In this document: positions 9,577 through 18,703 of the stretch, piece by piece
How the letters are laid out: every line of letters starts with the position of its first letter
Numbering within the stretch: the stretch's first letter is position 1
DNA from: a virus
Lineage: Duplodnaviria > Caudoviricetes
DNA length: 64,000 nt
Strand: one strand, 5' to 3'
Virus record (IMG/VR): IMGVR_UViG_3300020577_007013
Made by a program: the position numbers and the translations under genes
Notes under the pieces: model-generated
Databases searched by the model: none
The model's input: only the letters and a program-made list of their open reading frames with translations
Told to the model about the DNA's origin: nothing

Positions 9577-11067
9577 TTACGGCAGGTTTTGGATCTGCAG
9601 CATGCGGATGAACTTGCTATTGATAGTAAGTGCATCTTCCACTGTTGCGATGTTACCAACGCGTGTGAATTCAGGATAATCCAAAGCTGCTACCAGCTCA
9701 GTCATTACACCGAATGCGATTGATACGTCACCTTCTTCATCTGGGTTTTTGTAGACCATCAGAGCTTCGTTTTGTGCGAGCAAACCGTTAGCTGTATCTG
9801 AAGGAACTGCATATACCTGGATGTCGTCGAGAGTACCAGCGTAGTAAGTACCACCAACACGTGCTTGTGAACTATCTGTTTTCCACAGGTCATGTTTCTT
9901 GAAATAAGTGAGGGCTTTCGTACCAGCAACGATGCGGTTGATCGATCCTCTCTTAATGTCATTGTACAGATCGCCTGAGATATCAGAGATAGTAGACAGA
10001 ATCCGTTGTGCGTTTGACTTATCAGAAACCTCACCAACACCAGCAAAGTCTGCATTGAATGTTGAGATAGGGTTCTTAATTGCTTCACGACGAGCGAATT
10101 GAACTGCCTTATAGTCACGTCTGAGTGCGTGTTCGTCACCGACAGCTCTTACGAGCATGTCTTCAACGTTACCGAGGCCGGTAGTACCGAGCATCATCTC
10201 TGCCATACGTGTGTATGAGTAGCCGAGGATGTTTGGACGTGCGTTAAACCGTTTCTTAGAAACTGCCAAGTCTACGCGAGCGTACTCGTCATAGTTTGAA
10301 GAAATTTCTGAGTTCCAGTTGTATTCGATAAAGAAGTTAGACGGAACGTTACCACCAGAGAAGTTAACAGTTACAGAACCTGAGGTATAGTTAACTGTTG
10401 AAGTAGTAGTATTGACTGTTACACCACCTTGATTATAGGCAGAGTTGAACAATCCAGCACCGTTATCACTACCAACAAGTGCACCACCGATGATCAGTTT
10501 TACTGAAAATGGAACAACTGGGTTGGGAGAGAGTGTGAAAGTGTAAGACGCAGAACCTGAAATTTGCGTAGCAGAAACGTGAGATTCTGTTGCAAAGTTA
10601 GGAGCGATTGTCTCATACAGTCTTGTACCTGGAACACCACCACGAAGTGCACCAAATGCTTGAGATGAAGCTGTTGCTTCAGGAGCTGCATAGGTACGAT
10701 CTACAAAGTAGATTGCATCGTCTGGAGTAACAAGTGGCCATTCTGTAAAGATTTCACCACGATTACTGTTTGCTGTACCGATTCTGATAATTCTCAAAAC
10801 GTTTTCCGGTACAGTTTGGAATTGAGTTTTGATTGTCGCTTCTGCCATATTCTTCAGATAGCGCTCTTGGTTTTCAAGTGCGAGTGCAGTATTACGTGCT
10901 CTTGACTTGCTTTTTGCGTAGGTGTTTTCCAGCTTAATGCCAACAGGATTACGTGACCATTTTTCGACTAATCGATCTGCGAGAGAGTTTCTGGCTTGAG
11001 CCATCTCTGCAGCGTCACGAACTTGTGTGGGTTCGGCTGAGCTTCTACCATGCTTGTTTTTTAACAT
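9577..11067 (-). CDS. major capsid protein (T4 gp23-like)
   Basis: 496 aa; LVEKWS...TALALENQ prodomain typical of gp23; GGAG RBS; strong terminator; downstream of protease-scaffold. Confidence 0.9.
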   Translation of the reverse strand: MLKNKHGRSSAEPTQVRDAAEMAQARNSLADRLVEKWSRNPVGIKLENTYAKSKSRARNTALALENQERYLKNMAEATIKTQFQTVPENVLRIIRIGTANSNRGEIFTEWPLVTPDDAIYFVDRTYAAPEATASSQAFGALRGGVPGTRLYETIAPNFATESHVSATQISGSASYTFTLSPNPVVPFSVKLIIGGALVGSDNGAGLFNSAYNQGGVTVNTTTSTVNYTSGSVTVNFSGGNVPSNFFIEYNWNSEISSNYDEYARVDLAVSKKRFNARPNILGYSYTRMAEMMLGTTGLGNVEDMLVRAVGDEHALRRDYKAVQFARREAIKNPISTFNADFAGVGEVSDKSNAQRILSTISDISGDLYNDIKRGSINRIVAGTKALTYFKKHDLWKTDSSQARVGGTYYAGTLDDIQVYAVPSDTANGLLAQNEALMVYKNPDEEGDVSIAFGVMTELVAALDYPEFTRVGNIATVEDALTINSKFIRMLQIQNLP

Positions 11068-11203
11068 AGTTTATTCTCCAATTTAGATTTTTTGAAATTT
11101 GCCGATATTCTTCATTCGGACCTTATTCGAAATAACGGTTTTAATTCCTGATGTAATTGTAGTTTTCACTTATACGTAATTAGTGCGTTTTAGGCCCACT
11201 CTT

Positions 11204-11824
11204 TCAGGTGGACTCGTTTTTTAGTTTGTCTCTGAAGTCTTCATAAATTTCTGTTTGACTTTCTGTTATGAAATCCCAAACAATTTTACGAAGAAGCTCT
11301 TTTGCAGATTCATCATTTTCTACATTTCCATTTTCATGAAATTCGAAGTAGTCTATAGTATTTTCGAGATACTCCGTGAATTGGTTTTTGAAATATTCTT
11401 CTGACATTCCTGAAGATTTGTTTTCCTTTAGTTTTCGTTTAACTACAATTTTACCTTCAGCAATAACGCTTTGATAAGGGACGAGCTTTCCTGTCTCGTA
11501 GTTATTTCGTAAGTCTTCACCTACGTTCGTTTCCTTGACTCCTTTTTTGTTTTCGAAGCCGTCGGTCTCCACCAGTCTTTGTCTTTTTAAAATTTGATAT
11601 AGTCTGTCTATTGTCTTCGAGGAAGCTTTCTGGATTTGATCTACAAGTTCGTCATAGACTTTATCCAAATCAGCTGTCTCATTATCAATGTCACCGTAAT
11701 TGCCTAAATCCCCTAAAATATAATGAGCTATTTCAAGTAGTCCATCATCGTCAGTTTTCTTGATCAATTTCAGGATTAACTGAGTCTTCTCAGAAGTATC
11801 CATTTCTTTAAGTTGTGTTTTCAT
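11204..11824 (-). CDS. acidic putative internal head protein
   Basis: in head cluster; several L/V/I-x-E protease-type sites; ATG 11824 (MKTQLKE) favoured over 11872. Confidence 0.55.
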   Translation of the reverse strand: MKTQLKEMDTSEKTQLILKLIKKTDDDGLLEIAHYILGDLGNYGDIDNETADLDKVYDELVDQIQKASSKTIDRLYQILKRQRLVETDGFENKKGVKETNVGEDLRNNYETGKLVPYQSVIAEGKIVVKRKLKENKSSGMSEEYFKNQFTEYLENTIDYFEFHENGNVENDESAKELLRKIVWDFITESQTEIYEDFRDKLKNEST

Positions 11825-11825
11825 A

Positions 11826-12137
11826 TTATTTTTTCTTGTAGAGAATAAGAGCTCTCGAGCCTTGCTGATCATCGTCCATTAGAACTTTCCAACCTTGTTT
11901 TTTCAGTTCCTTGATTTTAGCGTCTGATCTTTCTGATTGTTTCTCAGTTTCAGTGTTATGAACTGGGAATTTCCAATTGTACTGTTTAGAAGAATGCATT
12001 TTGAAGAATTTGCTTCTTTCTTGATCACTTAAATCTTCGAAAATAGTCCCTTTCTCGTCTTCCAACTTATCTAGGTACTCATCCTCATCAAGCCCAGTAT
12101 CGACCTTTGCTTCAAAAAGTTTTTTGTATGGTGTCAT
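11826..12137 (-). CDS. putative internal head protein
   Basis: N-terminus MTPYKKLFEA (shared motif). Confidence 0.6.
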   Translation of the reverse strand: MTPYKKLFEAKVDTGLDEDEYLDKLEDEKGTIFEDLSDQERSKFFKMHSSKQYNWKFPVHNTETEKQSERSDAKIKELKKQGWKVLMDDDQQGSRALILYKKK

Positions 12138-12139
12138 AT

Positions 12140-12183
12140 TTTTAAAAGAGAGAATGAGGTGCTCGATTTCTCAAGCACCCTTT
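12140..12183 (-). terminator. hairpin/terminator after protease-scaffold gene
   Basis: GGTGCTCGA/TCAAGCACC stem, pyrimidine-rich tail on the minus strand. Confidence 0.55.
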
Positions 12184-12190
12184 CTGTCTT

Positions 12191-14212
12191 TTAGTAATCT
12201 GAGCTTCTTAACCAGTCAGTGTGACTAGAAGTGAAACTTGTTTTTTCGGTAAGACGTACAGGAGAATCAGAAGTTGATTTACCTTTGATCTTATCTACTT
12301 TACGAACAGCTTCGACAAGAGATTTAGAGGAGAGAATTTCTTCTTCAAAATCTTCAAGTGCAGGAACTTTCTTAGCTTCTTCCAAGTAGAACTTTGTGAT
12401 TTCATTCTTGTAAAAGTTAGAAGTTGATTCCTTCATCTTTTGTTTTTTCTCATCTTCGTCTTTCTTAGCTTTCTTCTTACGTTTTTCCATCATGGTTTCT
12501 TCGAGTTCTTCGTCCTCTTCACCATGCTTGTGACCATGTTCCATGTCTGAGTTCAAACCGTCCATGTCATTTTCGAATTCGTCGTGATTTTCTACAAATC
12601 CGGTTTTACCGATGATTTTTTTCATCTCAGGATTTTCCATATCACCTAATTCGCTTTTTTCATTTTCGTCAGTTGAACGAGCTACGGAAGTTGCTTCTTT
12701 AGGAGAATAGCTGTAAGTCAGATATTCGCTTTCTTTAGCACTTTCGTCAAACTTGGTAAGTTTCTCAACGAGGAATTGAATGTCTTCCTGCATTTTTGAA
12801 CGATCAGCAACGAGAAGAGAGATGTCTTTCTGCATAAGTTCACGTTCTTTGAGGAACTGCTTAATGTCAGCGAGCATATTTTTACGATCTTCTACGAGTT
12901 GATCGATATCTTTTTGCATGTTTGTCTTGTCTTCTGTGAATTGCTTAATGTCTGCTTCCATCAATTTACGGTCTTCCATAAATTGGTTGATGTCAGATTC
13001 CATAAGTTTACGATCTTTCAGGAATTGATTCAGGTCAGATTCCATCAGTTTTACGTTTTCAGTAAGAACTTTGAATTTACCTTGACCTTCTTTTGTGAAT
13101 GAACCGTATTTTTCAAGATCTGCTTCCATCAACTTTCTATCTGAGATAAATTGGTTGATGTCTTTCAGCATGACTTCACGATCTTCTACAAGTTCTGTAT
13201 TGGTCTCAACCAGTGACTTGTGTTTTTCTTGAAGTTTCTTGAACGATTCGATCAGCAAATTGTGTTTTTTGCTAAGATCAGCAAAAGTAATTTCTTTCTC
13301 TTGAAGAGTCTTCTCTGAAAGTTTTACTTGTTCTTCGAGTTTTGCAGTAAGATCAGACAGTTCTGATTCTACTTTTTCTCTGATTTCTTTTTTCTCAAGA
13401 CCGATTGTATTGAGCAGGTCTTGAAGGATGCCCTGTGCTTCTACTAAATTTGTTTTGGATTTAGCAAGACGAATCATTTGCTTTGTGTGGCTTTCCACAA
13501 AAGCATCATTAACTCGTGCTTGTTTCTCCAGTAATTCTTGTGACATTTCCATGTCCTCCTTTTTATTTTCTTCGACTTTCTGCTTAACGGAGTTATCTTC
13601 GGTAGAAGCACTCGATTCAGCTATTAAATTAGTATTGCTCTTTTCGGTTGACTCTCTGACGTCTTCCATTTCGGAAGGTCCTTGTGAAAGATTTTCGAAT
13701 GATGCGAAAACACTCTGTGAAGGGTCTATTACCCAATCTCCTAGACGTACAAGTTCGTATGAGTCAGTTACTACTGTTTGACCATCAGTTCCGAGTTCTC
13801 CGTATCCTACGGAAGAAAGACCGCATTTACCACCAGCTCTAAGTATGTTGTAGAAAAGTTTACCATATTCATGACCACCTTCTACAAGCCAAAGATCTCC
13901 ATAAACGAATTCACCGTCAATTTGGACATTTTTCCAAATTCCAATGATGCTTGTTACAGAACCGTCATCATCAGGATGATCAGCTAAACAGTATGTTCCT
14001 TCAGCTACCCTATCCTTAATGATCTTCATCCAAAGTTCTCTAGGATATCTACGTTGATTTTTGTTCAGAGTAAATCTAGAGACTGGAACTTTACGAATAA
14101 TGGCATAACATGAAAATTCTCTGGAAGCTTCTTTGATAAGAGTCTTCTCTTTTAGATCTTCTACTTGAGAAGCTAAAAGAAAGTTTTCTCTGAATTTTAC
14201 TTTAGTTGACAT
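12191..14212 (-). CDS. prohead protease fused to a long coiled-coil scaffold/core domain
   Basis: gp21-like motifs NKNQRRYP, DHP, GLSSVGYG, DWVIDPS; about 480-aa coiled-coil C-terminus. Confidence 0.88.
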   Translation of the reverse strand: MSTKVKFRENFLLASQVEDLKEKTLIKEASREFSCYAIIRKVPVSRFTLNKNQRRYPRELWMKIIKDRVAEGTYCLADHPDDDGSVTSIIGIWKNVQIDGEFVYGDLWLVEGGHEYGKLFYNILRAGGKCGLSSVGYGELGTDGQTVVTDSYELVRLGDWVIDPSQSVFASFENLSQGPSEMEDVRESTEKSNTNLIAESSASTEDNSVKQKVEENKKEDMEMSQELLEKQARVNDAFVESHTKQMIRLAKSKTNLVEAQGILQDLLNTIGLEKKEIREKVESELSDLTAKLEEQVKLSEKTLQEKEITFADLSKKHNLLIESFKKLQEKHKSLVETNTELVEDREVMLKDINQFISDRKLMEADLEKYGSFTKEGQGKFKVLTENVKLMESDLNQFLKDRKLMESDINQFMEDRKLMEADIKQFTEDKTNMQKDIDQLVEDRKNMLADIKQFLKERELMQKDISLLVADRSKMQEDIQFLVEKLTKFDESAKESEYLTYSYSPKEATSVARSTDENEKSELGDMENPEMKKIIGKTGFVENHDEFENDMDGLNSDMEHGHKHGEEDEELEETMMEKRKKKAKKDEDEKKQKMKESTSNFYKNEITKFYLEEAKKVPALEDFEEEILSSKSLVEAVRKVDKIKGKSTSDSPVRLTEKTSFTSSHTDWLRSSDY
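12765..13193 (-). repeat. 14-aa (42-nt) tandem coding repeat in scaffold
   Basis: about 8-9 copies of DRKLMExDIxQFxE, e.g. DRKLMESDINQFME/DRKLMEADIKQFTE. Confidence 0.85.
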
Positions 14213-15623
14213 ATTTCATAAGTCTCTTCCAATTTTTGGAAGCTTTTTGTAAGCCTACACCAATAGTTAAAGCACGAACAGTGATTGTAGTGTTTGGTCT
14301 AGACTTTGCTTGAAGTTTAAGATGTTCGATAATTTCAGTCTTGAGTTTAGAAGCAACTTCAGGCATAATCTTATCTTTGAGTCTCTCGAGACGTTCAAGC
14401 ATTTCTTCACCAGTTAAGTCGAATTCTATGACCACTGATCTTGATTTTAAAGCACCTTGAGTCTTTTCATTGATAGTAGATGTTGAGAGATTGCTAATAA
14501 AGATAACTCGACCTGTGTATTCAAACTCATTAGGAACATCTTCAGGCATTCTTTCAGAATCCCAAGTGATCCAACGAGATTCTTTAGTGTCAAGAGCTGC
14601 TTTAAAAAGGTTGACTGAAGTCTTGTCATAGAAGATTGAGTCACAATCGTCATAGACGAGAATTCCTTCATTATTCTCAAACATTGCAAGATAAAGTCCT
14701 TTTGCAGTGGAGCTTCCTTTTTTGATTTTATAGTCAACTCCATGTTCTTTAAGAGTTTCTTCAACTGTATGTGATTTACCGGCACCACCAGTTCCCGTAA
14801 CGATAAGAGAGTTAATATGACCGTCGGCGATTGCTTCAGTCAATTCTACAAGATCATCAAATTTTTCATCGATTTCTTTTGCAGATCTTGCAGGTCTTCC
14901 AGAAATAGAAGCATTAACTTTATCTTGAGCTGCTGTAGGAATATCCTGATCTGCTCTCATAATATCTTTGGAATTTTTCCTAGGAATAAGAGAAAGTGCA
15001 CCAGTTGAATTTAGAATATTTTTGAAAGACGACTTGAACCTAGAAGATTTCATAGGTTCGATTTTTCCTTTCTTAGCAAATTTTACATATTCATCATAGA
15101 GATTAGGAATAAAGCTCTTATTGAGAATGAGTTTAAGAATTCTGTCTTCGTCTTCCTTAGGAATTGATTTAAGCCAAATTCCGAGCTCTTTAATTTCAGG
15201 AATTGAAGTCTTAGCCAATGGATCGTAAAGATCTTCAAGAGTAAAAGGATGGTCAGTTGCTTCATTAAGCTCATCAGTAGGGATATGTTTTCCTTTAAGA
15301 ACTTCGACAACAAGAGAAGCTATTTCAGATTCCGATTTATCTGAACAATCTACAGTGAAATGAGGTTGTGGATTAGGATTTACCCAAATATCAATTGATT
15401 GGAGAGACGCATATCCGTCTTGTTTCGAAAAATTGAAACGGATCATCTCCTCACCACTTCCTACAAGATATCGAACTCCGTAGTAGATATTAGAGGAATC
15501 GTGTTTTTTTGAGAATTCCTCAACTACCTGTGTCGATGTTAGGCTTTTGTTGAAGATTTTGTCGATTTCCAGTACCACTGACTGGATTATTTTTTGGTGG
15601 CTTTGAAGACTGAACTTTGACAT
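14202..15623 (-). CDS. AAA+ ATPase with N-terminal extension
   Basis: Walker A GTGGAGKS, Walker B LVYDDCD, IFISN sensor, SR finger. Confidence 0.85.
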   Translation of the reverse strand: MSKFSLQSHQKIIQSVVLEIDKIFNKSLTSTQVVEEFSKKHDSSNIYYGVRYLVGSGEEMIRFNFSKQDGYASLQSIDIWVNPNPQPHFTVDCSDKSESEIASLVVEVLKGKHIPTDELNEATDHPFTLEDLYDPLAKTSIPEIKELGIWLKSIPKEDEDRILKLILNKSFIPNLYDEYVKFAKKGKIEPMKSSRFKSSFKNILNSTGALSLIPRKNSKDIMRADQDIPTAAQDKVNASISGRPARSAKEIDEKFDDLVELTEAIADGHINSLIVTGTGGAGKSHTVEETLKEHGVDYKIKKGSSTAKGLYLAMFENNEGILVYDDCDSIFYDKTSVNLFKAALDTKESRWITWDSERMPEDVPNEFEYTGRVIFISNLSTSTINEKTQGALKSRSVVIEFDLTGEEMLERLERLKDKIMPEVASKLKTEIIEHLKLQAKSRPNTTITVRALTIGVGLQKASKNWKRLMKYVN

Positions 15624-16572
15624 TGGTTTCCTTGTTTGTTAGTTTAGTCGGCTCTGTCTTTTGAGCTGGCTTGAAAGGTTGAGCTTTCTGAACAGGCTTG
15701 ACTGGCTTAACTTCTTGTTGATCGATTTTTTTAGTCTTAGCGACTTGCTTTATTTTATCGAGAATTTGTGGAGCCATTTTTTCGAAGTCAGTAATAAGCC
15801 CTAAAAGGTGTTTGCATAATCCATTCTTATTTTGATGTCTAGGACCCCAAACAGGATCAGGAATATTCGTAGGATAGATAGCTGATTTGAGTCTGGAAAG
15901 TTTGTATCTCATTCCTTGGAATTGGAAGCTCATATCTGAACAATCCATTTTGATATCACAGACTTTGAGAATGTCTAAAAAATCCTTGACAGTCATTTCT
16001 CCCCAAGGTTTATCTTTCCATTTATCAAGATCTACAAATTGAATTTGCATCATGTAAAGTGATTTGAGAATCGGTCTCCCAATTCCATTAGAGATAGAAG
16101 GAGAAGGGGCCTTAAAAGTGGGAGGAGTCAAAAGTACAAGAATATTTTTATTAAAATCGTAGTCGACAGCTTTTGCTAGTCTGACTTCTTGTCCCTTAAC
16201 AAGGTTTCTCACCACTCTATGGGTTCTTGTAGTTGATGAAGAAGCATTTTTAAAGTCTTTGATGGTAAATTCTTGTAATGGATTACTCAAGTTTCTCAAT
16301 CCAGTCAAGAAGTTTTGATACTCTTCTGTGATATCTTTGTACTCAAATTTGTTCAGCTTTACATAGTCAAGTACTTTTTTCGGTTGTCTCTTTCTAAGAA
16401 AATTCCTAATTACGTATTCATCGAAACGATTGACACCTTCGTATCTGTAGACTTTCTCATTTATTTTAAGATCCATTGTCAGATTTGGCTCAGATCTGTA
16501 TCTAACAATTCTCACATTTAATGGAGGTTGCTTACTTGCCATAGTTTTTCTTACTGACGAAATTCTCTCCAA
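15520..16572 (-). CDS. SWIM-type Zn-finger protein in head cluster
   Basis: MDCSDMSFQFQG...GLCKHL; start may be ATG of MASKQ. Confidence 0.6.
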   Translation of the reverse strand: MERISSVRKTMASKQPPLNVRIVRYRSEPNLTMDLKINEKVYRYEGVNRFDEYVIRNFLRKRQPKKVLDYVKLNKFEYKDITEEYQNFLTGLRNLSNPLQEFTIKDFKNASSSTTRTHRVVRNLVKGQEVRLAKAVDYDFNKNILVLLTPPTFKAPSPSISNGIGRPILKSLYMMQIQFVDLDKWKDKPWGEMTVKDFLDILKVCDIKMDCSDMSFQFQGMRYKLSRLKSAIYPTNIPDPVWGPRHQNKNGLCKHLLGLITDFEKMAPQILDKIKQVAKTKKIDQQEVKPVKPVQKAQPFKPAQKTEPTKLTNKETNVKVQSSKPPKNNPVSGTGNRQNLQQKPNIDTGS

Positions 16573-16951
16573 TCAAATCTCTAAAAATGAAAATGGATCC
16601 TCTCATCAAAGTATTGTCAAATTTGACAAGCTCTACAGGAGGAGTGAGCTTAATATCTTCAGAGAATAAAGTATTTTGCATTATAAACGGAGCAAAGGAC
16701 TGAATGATAGGCTTCATTTTCTTCACTCTCTTGAACCCTGAAGTTGTCGGAGTTTTAAGTCTTTTGAAAGGAATCGGTTGAGTCTTGTTTCTCGAGTCTA
16801 CTGTGATAATGTAAATGTTCGCAGTAGAGTTTATGACTTTTTGGATAACAGCATTTTTAATTTTTGTAATCGAGAACTGTTCAGCTATCTGTTCTCCAAT
16901 GGTTTGCGTTTTCCTAGTGAGAATGGATTTCGATTCTTGTTGTTTTTCCAT
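16532..16951 (-). CDS. hypothetical protein
   Basis: 139-aa ORF in late cluster. Confidence 0.6.
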   Translation of the reverse strand: MEKQQESKSILTRKTQTIGEQIAEQFSITKIKNAVIQKVINSTANIYIITVDSRNKTQPIPFKRLKTPTTSGFKRVKKMKPIIQSFAPFIMQNTLFSEDIKLTPPVELVKFDNTLMRGSIFIFRDLIGENFVSKKNYGK

Positions 16952-17286
16952 ATTTGATCAATAAACTTTTTCGAATTCGAAACAGCTATATCTAGCTTAG
17001 TCTCTTCTTCCTTCTTCTCGTTAAGTTTAAAGAGCTCGTCGAATGTATATTTTGAGAGATCTATCTCAGGAGAGATTATGGTAAATTCCCCAGACCCGTC
17101 TATGAGAATAGTCTTAAAACTATCGAGAGCTTCAGTAAATGATTGCCTGTCTCTTATGAAATAATTGGTATAGATGAATTCCAAAAATTTCCGATACGGC
17201 ATAGAAGTGGATTCATCGAGTTCATTTGTCTGAAATTTGACCCTATCGTGAGGGGTCTGAAAAAGCATTATCCATTTATTATTCAC
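16885..17286 (-). CDS. hypothetical protein
   Basis: 133-aa ORF coupled to upstream gene. Confidence 0.6.
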   Translation of the reverse strand: MNNKWIMLFQTPHDRVKFQTNELDESTSMPYRKFLEFIYTNYFIRDRQSFTEALDSFKTILIDGSGEFTIISPEIDLSKYTFDELFKLNEKKEEETKLDIAVSNSKKFIDQIWKNNKNRNPFSLGKRKPLENR

Positions 17287-18089
17287 TTTGTTTTGAGAAT
17301 CTTATGAAGAGAGTCCATAATGGACTTATTCGGATTTGCTTGAATTTCTTTTGCCAATTGAGATTTTTTCTCATTAGAGAGTTCCCCAACTTTAGCCATA
17401 AAATATTTCTTATTAGCATCAGACATTTTTTGATACTGAGGAAGTGACTCCATTCCAGTTCCTTTAGACTGAGCTGTATCAGCAATTTTTGGTTTCTTTT
17501 CAGGAAGTCTAGGTTCTTCAGACTTAGATTTCTTTCCGATAAGCATTTTATATGCTTCGAAAGCTCTCATGTATTCTGAAGTATTTTTCTTAATGTCATA
17601 GTTGAGAAGATCTTTCAGATACTCTGCTGCGTCTTGTTTTCTTCTACGATTTCTCTCCATTGCGACGTTATAAATCTGCTGTGGAGTCTTTCTAGAAAAT
17701 TCACCGGGTTTGTAGTCGACCTCAGTCACAAGATCTTCATCTTCATCGTCCCAGTATCCTCTCTTCTTTTGTCCTAATTTTACTCCATGTAATTTTCGAA
17801 CCGCTGTACTGAGAGCATCTATTGCTGTTTTGACATTTTCTCTTTCCTGAGAACCTTCTTCAGTCTCATTTTGAATAGCAGAAGCTAAATAATTGTAAGC
17901 TTTTCTGAAGTCTCCATCATATTTATCAAGAGCTGAATGGACTATTTCTTTCGGAGTCTTCTTAGCAAATTTCGGATCTGCAAAAAATGATGAAGCTTTT
18001 TTCTGTTTAGCAGCTTTTCCTAAGCCCTTTACATCTTTGGTGAGTGCATCCCAGAGCCCTTCTTCGAAATATGATTTATACTTACCCAC
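17283..18089 (-). CDS. putative internal head protein with internal duplication
   Basis: MGKYKSYFEE N-terminus; two FxxKTPxxI...YL helical repeats; ACTAA motif 5 nt upstream. Confidence 0.65.
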   Translation of the reverse strand: MGKYKSYFEEGLWDALTKDVKGLGKAAKQKKASSFFADPKFAKKTPKEIVHSALDKYDGDFRKAYNYLASAIQNETEEGSQERENVKTAIDALSTAVRKLHGVKLGQKKRGYWDDEDEDLVTEVDYKPGEFSRKTPQQIYNVAMERNRRRKQDAAEYLKDLLNYDIKKNTSEYMRAFEAYKMLIGKKSKSEEPRLPEKKPKIADTAQSKGTGMESLPQYQKMSDANKKYFMAKVGELSNEKKSQLAKEIQANPNKSIMDSLHKILKTK

Positions 18090-18098
18090 ATTGGTTAG

Positions 18099-18521
18099 TC
18101 AGACCTGCGACTCTTCGAATTGTCGTTTTTTCTTCTCAAGATACTCTTCATCAAGTTCCATACAAGCATCGAGATCTAAAAGGTCTGCTAGATGCCTGCT
18201 AATTTCTCTTTTAAGATATTCTTCGACTACAGAGTCTTCCCTTTCATTGAGCTTTGAAAGAACATTATTAAAAGAAGGATTGGTCTCTACTTCATAGAGC
18301 CCATCTTGATACTTTGTTCCTTCATACTTAGGATCTACTTCTACAGAAAAATTGAAAAGATATGGAATGCAAATCTTCTTTTTTCCAGACCACATTTCTA
18401 AAGCTGTAGAGATAAGCAAACCTGAAAAAATACTCTTTACTGTATGTGCGTCATATCCAGAGATTGCTGAAATCTTGTCAATAAAAGACTTCTCTTCCCT
18501 AGTGAGTTTCATTTTTTTCAT
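18099..18521 (-). CDS. HU/IHF-like DNA-binding protein
   Basis: FIDKISAISGY...VKSIF...GKKKICIPYLFNFSV matches the HU helix-helix-strand pattern. Confidence 0.55.
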   Translation of the reverse strand: MKKMKLTREEKSFIDKISAISGYDAHTVKSIFSGLLISTALEMWSGKKKICIPYLFNFSVEVDPKYEGTKYQDGLYEVETNPSFNNVLSKLNEREDSVVEEYLKREISRHLADLLDLDACMELDEEYLEKKKRQFEESQV

Positions 18522-18523
18522 TG

Positions 18524-18700
18524 TTAACCTAACATCCTGTTCAGGACTTTGAAAGTATTTTCTTGAAGTTGAACAAGTTTGATCTTAGGATCAGTGTTCA
18601 TTTCTTGAAATTTTTCAGGAGTAATTTCCTGATCATTTACGATAATTTTCTTTGTTGGTTCTGCTTGTTGTGATTCACCTATTTCTTTTAAAAGCTCCAT
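18524..18700 (-). CDS. small hypothetical protein (58 aa)
   Basis: my translation MELLKEIGESQQAEPTKKIIVNDQEITPEKF...RMLG fills the gap exactly. Confidence 0.6.
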   Translation of the reverse strand: MELLKEIGESQQAEPTKKIIVNDQEITPEKFQEMNTDPKIKLVQLQENTFKVLNRMLG

Positions 18701-18703
18701 TGC

